Below, piece by piece: positions 56,147 to 64,000 of a stretch of 64,000 bases of DNA. Every line of letters starts with the position of its first letter. The first letter of the stretch is position 1. Made by a program: the position numbers and the translations under genes. Below the pieces are notes generated by a model, which saw nothing but the letters and a program-made list of their open reading frames with translations, searched no databases and was not told where the DNA came from. The stretch comes from an uncultured Acidobacteriota bacterium (GTDB lineage: Bacteria > Actinomycetota > Acidimicrobiia > Spongiisociales > ZC4RG35): contig CAWHEU010000007.1 of the NCBI GenBank assembly GCA_963828465.1, positions 19,039 to 83,038 on the forward strand, in the 5' to 3' direction.

Positions 56147-57139
56147 TTGAAGCGCGAAAACACGTCTCGCCTCCTTATTGGAGGAATCCTGGTGGCAGTC
56201 GTCATCGGTGTTCTGGTATGGCTGAACGTATCCGACGACGATCCCGAGGACGGCGCTGCGATTGCTCCGACATCACCAACATCTGCACCGCCTGCTCCGA
56301 CAGGTCCGGGTGTCAATGTCATTGACGTGGCGGCTGGGAGCAGCGTCTATCTCAGTCCTGGTTCGGAACCTGAGTGGTCCCCTGACGGCAGTCAGCTCGC
56401 CTTCACGTCTGAGGAGGATGGGCAGACGGGTGTCTATGTGGTCGATGCCGCCGGTGCGGCGGGCGGCACGTTCCTCACCCCTGGGTCAGGGCCGGTCTGG
56501 TCTCCTGAAGGCTCGGAGCTCGCCTTCACGTCTGAGGAGGACGGCGAGACGGGCGTCTACGTGATCGACGCTACCGGTGGGAGCGGAACTTTCCTCACAC
56601 CGGGATCAGGGCCCTCGTGGTCTCCCGATGGGTCCCAGCTCGCCTTCACCGACGAAGAAGGCGGCGAGACCGGGATCTATGCGATCGATGCTGATGGTGG
56701 GAGTGGCACCTTTCTCACTCTCGGCTCAGGGCCCGCCTGGTCCCCCGACGGGACCCAACTTGCCTTTACGGCCGAAGACAATGGCGAAACCGGTATCTAT
56801 GTGGTCGATGCTGCGGGTGGAACAGGCGCTTTCCTCACTCCTGGGTCTGGGCCTGTCTGGTCTCCCGACGGGTCCCAACTCGCCTTCACAGTTGATGCTG
56901 ACGGTGAGACTGGTGTCTATGTTGCCGACACTGCCGGTGGAACCGGCACGTTTCTCACCCCGGGATCAGGGCCTGTCTGGTCTCCTGACGGCGCCCAACT
57001 CGCCTTCACCGCGGAAGAGAATGGTGAGGCAGGTGTCTACCTGATCGACGCAGCCGGCGGGAGCGGCACGTTCCTGATTCTCGGATCTGGTCCGGTCTGG
57101 TCTCCTGACGGGTCGCAGATCGCCTTCATCCAGGAGTAA
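56147..57139 (+). CDS. Membrane-anchored PD40/TolB-like beta-propeller with seven near-identical blades
   Basis: TM, P/T linker, 7x WSP(D/E)G(S/T/A)x(L/I)AF at 40-41 aa period. Confidence 0.9.
   Translation: MKRENTSRLLIGGILVAVVIGVLVWLNVSDDDPEDGAAIAPTSPTSAPPAPTGPGVNVIDVAAGSSVYLSPGSEPEWSPDGSQLAFTSEEDGQTGVYVVDAAGAAGGTFLTPGSGPVWSPEGSELAFTSEEDGETGVYVIDATGGSGTFLTPGSGPSWSPDGSQLAFTDEEGGETGIYAIDADGGSGTFLTLGSGPAWSPDGTQLAFTAEDNGETGIYVVDAAGGTGAFLTPGSGPVWSPDGSQLAFTVDADGETGVYVADTAGGTGTFLTPGSGPVWSPDGAQLAFTAEENGEAGVYLIDAAGGSGTFLILGSGPVWSPDGSQIAFIQE
56345..57136 (+). repeat. Coding tandem repeat, 120-bp unit, ~6.6 copies
   Basis: CGCCTTCA (one variant TGCCTTTA) recurs at 56398, 56521, 56641, 56761, 56881, 57001, 57121. 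Confidence 0.9.
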
Positions 57140-57171
57140 CGACTGGGAACCTTTCCGGGGCAGCCGCTTTC

Positions 57172-57978
57172 TTGAGCCGAACCGAGACCCTGAAGCGAAT
57201 GATTGAGATCAACGGGTTGACCTGGACGTCCCTCGTTGTCGTCTATGGAGCCTGCCGCACGATTAACAAGGATCTCCGACTCCCGTCCCTCGACCGACTC
57301 ATCAGGGCTGTTGAGAATCGTCGTGGTGTCCCAGGAATGGGCGCCAGCGAACTCCAGGCGCTCATCTGGGACAACTGGGATTGGAGCGCCGATGGAGGAG
57401 AGAAGTGGACCGAGTCCACGGCCTGGAAGGACTCAGTTATCGATGAGGTGCTTCGCCCTCGAATCCCTGAGGGTAGCGACGTCCTCGAAATCGGGCCGGG
57501 TGCGGGTCGGTGGACTGAAGCTCTTGCCGCACTTTCGGACTCACTGACACTGGTCGATATCTCACCCCGATGCATAGACATCTGTCGGGACAAATTCGGA
57601 CACCTAAGTTCGGTGTCATTTCATGTCACCAGCGGCTCGGACCTCTCGTTCATAGACGACGCGTCTATCGATGCGGTGTGGTCCTTTGACGTGTTCGTCC
57701 ATCTGGCCGCAGCTGATGTCAAGGGGTACATAGCGGAGTTGGCAAGGGTGCTCAGGTCAGGAGGGCAGGCTGTCATTCACCACGCGGCCGGCGGAGGCAT
57801 ACACGGCGGCTGGCGGAGCGCGATGACCAACGAGGAGTTCACAGTGATAGCGGAGCACGCCGGCTTCGTCGTCGTCGAGCAATTCGATTCATGGGGGAAA
57901 TCGGGAGCGTTCGCTGTTCCGGAAGAGCATGACTTGATCAGCGTCATTCGGAAGCCTCCCTCTGGCGACGGTGCTTGA
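57172..57978 (+). CDS. Class I SAM-dependent methyltransferase
   Basis: VLEIGPGAGRWT, VDIS, SFDVFVH, RVLRSGG. Confidence 0.9.
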   Translation: MSRTETLKRMIEINGLTWTSLVVVYGACRTINKDLRLPSLDRLIRAVENRRGVPGMGASELQALIWDNWDWSADGGEKWTESTAWKDSVIDEVLRPRIPEGSDVLEIGPGAGRWTEALAALSDSLTLVDISPRCIDICRDKFGHLSSVSFHVTSGSDLSFIDDASIDAVWSFDVFVHLAAADVKGYIAELARVLRSGGQAVIHHAAGGGIHGGWRSAMTNEEFTVIAEHAGFVVVEQFDSWGKSGAFAVPEEHDLISVIRKPPSGDGA

Positions 57979-60513
57979 GCGCTTTGGACACAACACGGAC
58001 AGCAATTGGCGGCGAGAACGCCCATCGAGCCGTCAACTCGCGTCTGACGGCGATCTGGCGCAATTACGGAAGTTCGTTGACACTTCTGGGCCTCGGAGCC
58101 CTCGCAGTGAGTCAACCGATACTCAGCGACCTTCGGGCCGGCGCCGGCTACTTCGTCGCTCGACGTGTACAGCCGGTGGACATCGTGGTGCTGGTGCTTG
58201 TGGTGACGCTGGCCCCTGGTGTCGCCGCGAACGTGGTCGTGTGGTTGGCAGGACTCTTCTCGAGGGGGCTCCGTTTCCTTGTCGAGGCGGGCGCAGTGGG
58301 CATCTTTCTCACCCTGATGATGCGGACTTTCGCGCTGCGAATCGTGAGTGCTCCCGAGGCCGCGCTCCTCATCCCTGTCGCGATTGGCACTGCTATGGCC
58401 GTGATCTATTACCGATCGGAGTGGGTTCGAGACGGCCTAACGTGGGTTGGTCTAGCCCCCGTGATCATTGCGGGCTTCTTTCTGTTCACGCCACCGGTGG
58501 TACATCTGGTCGTCCCTCGGGGTTTTGTGCCCGTGGAGGCTGGCGTGGAGTCAAAGGCCCCGGTCGTATTCATCGTGTTCGATGAACTTCCGCTTGTCTC
58601 GCTCCTCGATCGGGCCGGGGAGTTGGACGTGGGTCGGTATCCGAACTTTGCCGCCCTCGCGGAGACGTCGACTTGGTACAAGTACACCGCCACCGCCCAT
58701 GATCTCACGCTCTGGGCAGTTCCGGCGCTGCTGACCGGTGACTTACCAGACCAGTCTCGGGTCCCGACCACAGCCAATTACCCGGGAAATCTCTTCACGC
58801 TCCTGGATCGCTCGCATGAGCTGAATGTCATGGAATCCCATACGTATTTGTGCCCTTCTGAGATGTGTGGCGAAACTCAGCCGCCAACAAGATTCTGGGA
58901 GCGGTTCGGCTCACTCATCGACGATGCGGCGCGCCTGTACGCGATGATCATCGCCCCCGACCCTTCCGCATCGGCATCTGTGTCCGACACGTTCACTGAG
59001 GCATTGGCGGTGGCTGAAGCGACGGCCGATCGAGAGTCGATCCCCGACAGGCCGACAGGATTCGAAGCGTTCTTGGACGGCATGACCTCTGGGAACTCCC
59101 GGCTGTACTACGCACACCTAGCGCTGCCGCATATCCCATATCAGTACTACCCCTCCGGACGGCAATACCTCGGGTGGGGCGGACTCGAAGGCCAAGAGGG
59201 CGAGTTGTGGTTCGACCAGGCCCTAGCTGAGCAGGGATATCAAAGGCATCTGTTTCAGGTCGAGTACGTCGATCGTCTGCTCGGGCAGCTCCTCGATCGG
59301 CTTGAAGAGGTGGGGATCCTCGACGAGGCCATCCTGGTGGTGACCGCGGATCATGGAGCCAGCTTTCGCGGAGACACTCCGCGTCGTGGCCTAGTCGACA
59401 CCAATGCATTCGAAATCGGGATGGTGCCTTTGTTCATCAAGGCGCCGCATCAATCTTCCGGGATCGTCGAGTCGACTCCGGCGCGGACCATTGATGTCCT
59501 GCCAACAGTGGCTGCGCATTTGGGGATAGAGCTTCCCTGGCCGCATCAGGGGCAATCGCTGACAGGAAATCCGAGAACCGCCCCGCCGCTGCAGGTGAAG
59601 GCGTACTGGGAAAGTGACTTGGTCGAATTGGAGAATGTCGCTGAGGGTGTCCTCGATGCCACCGAGTACGCATATTCGATTTTCGGAGATGGCAAAGGAC
59701 GAATCGACCCGGATTCGCTCGGTGACTACGACTCCCTAATCGGTCGCGCACCCGAGGAGGTATCGACCGGCTCGTCGGCTCTCGGTGTGCACGTTGAAGA
59801 CCTATGGCGTCTTGACCACGTCTCAGAATCGATCGGCTTTCTTCCGGGCTTCGTTAGGGGCGAAGTTGTCGGGGACGTGGAACCTGATTTGCACCTAGCA
59901 GTTGCGCTGAATGGTCGTATAAGAACGGTTGTACCAGTGATCGAGGGGGGTGACATCACGAGTTTCAGTGCCTTTCTCCCGGAGCATGCCTTCGTACCGG
60001 GTTTCAACGATCTCACCCTCGTGGCAGTAACCGGACCAATCGACTCTCCTGAGGTTGAGAACATCGAACTGGACGAGCAGCAAGAGTTTCAACTGGAACC
60101 GGGGGAATCAGGTGAGCCCGGGCACCTTGTCGACAGGGACGGTCAGACCTGGGAGTTGACCGAAGAGCAAGTCCTGAACGGATATGTCGAGGCAACTGAG
60201 TGGTATCCGAACGAAGCCGTGAGCTCAAGTACAGACTTGGTTGTGGTCGGCTGGGCGGTCGATACGCTGGAGATTGAGCCCGCAGAGCGCGTCGTGTTCT
60301 TCATTGACGGGGTCTTTGGAGGCTCAACTGTCCCCGATGTCGAGCGGCCGGACGTTCGACAACCGCCAGGCCCTCCGTAGTGGATTCCGGGCACAGCTTT
60401 CCCATTTCTCCCCAACCGAGAATTGCGCACTGCGAGCATTCGCTCTATCCGGTGACAGCGCGATCGAGCTCGAGATCAGTGAGCGAGCGCGATCGAGCTT
60501 CCTCGGTTGCTGA
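57975..60513 (+). CDS. Membrane-bound alkaline-phosphatase-superfamily transferase (LtaS/EptA-like 'sulfatase'; frameshift near 60360)
   Basis: About five N-terminal TMs; VFDEL, HDLTLWAVP (Thr at the nucleophile position, no CxPxR), LPHIPY, TADHG, VPLFIK, DVLPT; C-terminal VGWAVD..ERPDV domain. Confidence 0.8.
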
Positions 60514-60522
60514 GGGTGCTGC

Positions 60523-61377
60523 CTACTCCGGCGTCCTCACGAAGATCAGCTCGGAGCCGTCAGGAGACCACGACGGCTCTTCGCCGCTCGTGACTTCGGT
60601 CGGCGTCGAATCTGGGGCGACCGTGGCCACGATCGGGAGCTCGGCTGTGTCCTCGCCGCTGAAGGCCAGAGTGGATCCGTCAGGTGACCACACCGGGTCG
60701 TCGCCGCCGGTCACGAAGGTGATCTCAGAACTTGCCAGGTCGAAGAGCTGGATCTCGGAGTCGCCTTCGCTGTTCTCACGGACGAAGGCGATGGTCGAAC
60801 CGTCCGGCGACCATGAAGGCTCGTTCCCGGGGGAGAGCAAGGTCACAGCCTCGCTGGCTACTTCGAAGGTATAGACACCAGGATTCCCAGCCTGGTCCTG
60901 ACCGCTGAACGCGATCATTGCCCCATCTGGTGAGAAGACGGGCTCGTCGCCGTCTGTGAGGAACGTGGGCTCACCGCCCTCGGCGGGGATGGTGTACACG
61001 CCCGACACACCCTGGTCGTCTTCGAGGCTGAAGGCGATGGTGGCTCCGTCCGCCGACCAGCTCGGATTCCCGCCCGACGTGATGAAAGTCGGCTCGCCAC
61101 CAGCCAGATCCATCCGGTAGATGCCTTCCACGCCTTCCTCGTCGTCGGCGGTGAGAAGCACCGAATTTCCATCCGGTGACCATTGAGGGTCATTGCCCTC
61201 GACCACCAGTGATGCCTCGCCTTCACCCGAGGATGCGATCCTGAATATCGAGGGCTGTGGTGCCGGCCCCCGGTTCAGAAAGAAGTAGATCCCGGCGGCG
61301 AGCCCCAGCACCACCAAAAGCAGCACGAATCGCTGCCAAAGTGAACGTTTCCCCCACCAGCCTGTTCTAGATGTCAT
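60523..61377 (-). CDS. Membrane-anchored PD40/TolB-like beta-propeller, six blades
   Basis: TM followed by 6x P-x-(W/F)S(P/A)DG. Confidence 0.9.
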   Translation of the reverse strand: MTSRTGWWGKRSLWQRFVLLLVVLGLAAGIYFFLNRGPAPQPSIFRIASSGEGEASLVVEGNDPQWSPDGNSVLLTADDEEGVEGIYRMDLAGGEPTFITSGGNPSWSADGATIAFSLEDDQGVSGVYTIPAEGGEPTFLTDGDEPVFSPDGAMIAFSGQDQAGNPGVYTFEVASEAVTLLSPGNEPSWSPDGSTIAFVRENSEGDSEIQLFDLASSEITFVTGGDDPVWSPDGSTLAFSGEDTAELPIVATVAPDSTPTEVTSGEEPSWSPDGSELIFVRTPE

Positions 61378-61469
61378 GCGGGCGACATATTAGAGCCTCG
61401 TCGAGTTATGAAAACCCAGGAGTTGGCAGGCAACTCTTGGCTGATTGGACCCCTGGTACCGTCATCCCG

Positions 61470-62422
61470 GTGCAATCGGTCGTCCCGATCTTCGTCAGCA
61501 GCGGACGATCGGGTCTGACGCTTTTGCGAATGATCTTCGACACCCATCCGGAGCTAACCGTCGCCCATGAGCCGCGGTTCCTCGCCACCATGGCCCCCAA
61601 CCGCGGGCGATACGAGAGGGATGGCGGGCTCGATATTCATCGGTTCCTCGGCGATCTCTATGCGGTGTCTAACTTTCGTCGTCTCGGTTTGCCCCGCAAG
61701 GAGGTGAGATCCGCTCTAGAAGACCAGCGTCCGGCTGGATTCGTGGACGCGGTCAGAATCGTCTTCGGGATGTACGCACAAAGCCGGGGCAAGGCCATGT
61801 ACGCGGACAAGACGCCGCTCTACATCTCGTTCATGGAGCCGATCGCGGTCTGCTCCCCGAGGCCCGGTTTGTACATCTGGTCAGGGACGGACGCGACGTG
61901 GTCGTCGCCTACCTGGAAAGGGACAAGGGTCCGGCCACGGTGGCCGAGGGCGCCTTCCATTGGCGGCTGCGAGTAAACAGGGGCCATCGATCCGGGCAGG
62001 TTCTGGGACCGGATCGTTATCGGGAGTTCCACTACGAGGATCTGATCGAGGACCCCGAGGCGACGGTGCGGGCCATCTGCGATTACCTGGGCCTCGACTT
62101 CCATAATGAGATGCTCGACTACCAGCGGACTGCGGAGAAGTTTCTCGCCGAGGCCAAGAATCCGGCAGACCATCAGCACCTGACGTTGGCCCCCACGAAG
62201 GGCCTGGTCGACTGGAGACGCTCCATGTCGACCGACGACGTTGCCCTATTCGAGGCCATCGCCGGCGACACGCTGGAGGCCGTGGGATACCAGAGGGTAT
62301 CGATGAGGAAGATCTCGTCTCTGGTGGTGGGGTGGGAGTGGGCCCGGTGGCAGACGAAACGGGTGCTCTGGCGCGTCGGATGGGTCGTCTTTCGTCGACA
62401 GCCCGGTGTCGAGAATCTGTAG
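61470..62422 (+). CDS. Sulfotransferase (Sulfotransfer_3 type; frameshift near 61850)
   Basis: FVSSGRSGLTLL..IFDTHP, YADKTP, VRDGRDV, YEDLI, ICDYLGL, PTKGLVDWRR; start uncertain. Confidence 0.85.
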
Positions 62423-62500
62423 CGGGTGGCCGCGGCTAAATTTCCTCGTTCTGACGTGGTCTGAAGTGGGCCCCAGCTGCAGAGACGTCGTGGAGGCATC

Positions 62501-64000
62501 ATCACTTCTGACAACACCGGAACCCCTAATCGTCAGACCACAGTCATCTACGCCCTGATCGGCGTTGTTGTCCTGCTCGTCGGCGGGATCGTCGGATTCC
62601 TGGTGGCTGGCGATGACGCAGCACCCACCACGACGACATTGGCGCCGACGACCACCTTGCCGCCGACCACGACCACGACCCTGCCTTCGACCACGACGGT
62701 GCCAGCCACGACCACCACCTCCTCGGGATCGGCCGAGGGAGGCATCGTTCTCACCGCAGTCGAGGACACCTGGGTCGACAGCGACGAGCTGGTGACACCA
62801 ATGGGGACGAGCCCGATCCTCGAGACAGAGCAGGACGGAACCGACTTCAAACGGGCGCTCATCGGGTTCGAGGTGGCCGACCTCCCGGAGGGGGCGACGA
62901 TCGCATCGGCCGCTCTCCACCTCGCCGTGCTCGACGGGTCCGAACAGGGTGGTTCGATAAGCCTGGTCGACGGGCCTTGGACCGAAGCGGAGACAACCTG
63001 GGCTTCGGCGCCGCCGATCGGTGCCCAGATTGCGCCCCTGGTGGCTCCGATCAACGGGACCGTGGTCGAGGTGGACGTGACAAGGGCGGTGACCGGCAAC
63101 GGGCGGGCCGATTTCTACGTCACTACAGAGTCCGAAGACGGTATCGATTTGGCTTCGAGGGAGAATCCGCAGGCTCCGCCCACCCTGGTCATCACCCTGG
63201 CTGGAAGTGCGGAAACGCCAACGGGCGAAAGAGCGATCTTGGTTGGCGCCGGTGACATTGCCGGCTGCGACAGCGACGGAGACGAGGCCACGGCGGCGTT
63301 GCTCGACGAGGTTGTGGCCCGAGGGTCCGAGACCGTGGTGTTCACCGCCGGTGACAACGCTTATGAGTCTGGGTCGGCTGCCAATTTCGCCGACTGCTAT
63401 GACCCGAGTTGGGGGCGTCACCGGGCGATCACCCGGCCGGCCGCCGGGTCACGGGAGTACCGAACTTCGAACGCCTCCGCATATTTCGAATACTTCGGTG
63501 CCGTCGCCGGGGACCCAGCAGAAGGCTGGTACAGCTACAACCTCGGAGGCTGGCACATCGTGGTGATCAACTCCAACTGCACCGAGGTCGGTTGTGAGGC
63601 TGGGTCGGCACAGGAGCAATGGCTGCGGGAGGACCTCGAGGCCCACTCCACCGCCTGCACTTTGGGCTACTGGCACCAGCCGCTGTTCAGCTCCCGGTCC
63701 GGGGAACCAATCCGAGATGCTTCCCATCTTCCAGGCCTTCTACGACGCCGATGCCGACGTCGTGGTCAACGGGAATGACCATTTCTATGAGCGTTTCCTT
63801 CCCCAGGATCCTGTCGGGGAGGAAGAGGACGACGGGATTACCCAGTTCACTGCTGGCACCGGTGGGCGGTCCCTGGACGATTTCGAAGGGCCGTCGCCGA
63901 ACAGCGGGGTGCGCTTCAACGAAGCCTTTGGCGTGCTCGCCTTCACGTTGTACCCGGGTGGGCTGGACTGGGAATTCCTAACGCCTGCGGGAAGCACTCA
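62501..64000 (+). CDS. Membrane-anchored Thr-rich DNRLRE/CBM96-like + metallophosphoesterase-like protein with degenerate metal ligands (frameshift near 63715; runs off the window)
   Basis: Paralogue of 28862-30433; AVEDTWV..ALIGF..SREN..PTLVI; AGDI and AGDNAY present, but GSREY, WHQP, NGNDHFY. Confidence 0.82.
62624..62725 (+). repeat. Low-complexity coding repeat (Thr/Pro linker)
   Basis: (ACS)n runs encoding PTTTTLAPTTTLPPTTTTTLPSTTTVPATTTTSS. Confidence 0.8.

Noticed and set aside
56345-57136. Regular repeats as a CRISPR array or ncRNA array
   Set aside because: The 120-bp units are in frame, vary at codon third positions, have no unique spacers, and no cas genes are present
8640-63800. 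Single frameshifts in about fifteen genes as programmed frameshifting, phase variation or mass pseudogenisation
   Set aside because: The breaks are scattered, not at long SSR tracts or recognisable slippery sites, and both halves keep intact motifs; this fits long-read consensus error
1-64000. rRNA, tRNA, transposases, integrases, reverse transcriptases, defence systems
   Set aside because: No recognisable motifs, and almost all sequence is accounted for by the listed CDSs; tRNAscan-SE and Infernal runs would be needed to exclude small RNAs formally

Overview
High-GC 64 kb window, most consistent with an Actinobacterium of the Acidimicrobiia type (F420-dependent Ddn-family enzyme, GCNPPAN-type SLH repeats, acidic secreted proteins). 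Almost the whole window is one very large cell-surface glycan locus. It holds nucleotide-sugar enzymes (RfbF, RfbC, SAF-domain and bi-domain oxidoreductases, two NDP-sugar dehydrogenases, three epimerase/dehydratases) and two priming transferases. There are seven GT4s, a DPM1-like GT2, two GT-C-like membrane proteins, Wzy-like and Wzc-like proteins and an ABC-2 exporter. The decoration set is unusually large: 4 APH-like kinases, 2 sulfotransferases, 2 GNAT domains, 2 SAM methyltransferases, 2 deacetylases and an LtaS/EptA-like transferase. Embedded in it are a phytase and two metallophosphoesterases with DNRLRE/CBM96-like domains, and several beta-propeller surface proteins. A redox/sulfur island (Ddn, MarR, YceI, Rrf2, TSUP) with recognisable operators and an SLH + plant-type LRR gene interrupt the locus at 14-19 kb. 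The best candidate for an undescribed system is a phosphate/sulfate write-and-erase glycan-decoration locus in which several enzymes occur as an intact copy plus a catalytically degenerate copy. Many genes carry single indels that look like long-read consensus errors. I saw no rRNA, tRNA, CRISPR array or transposase. All family calls are by motif recognition; no database searches were run.
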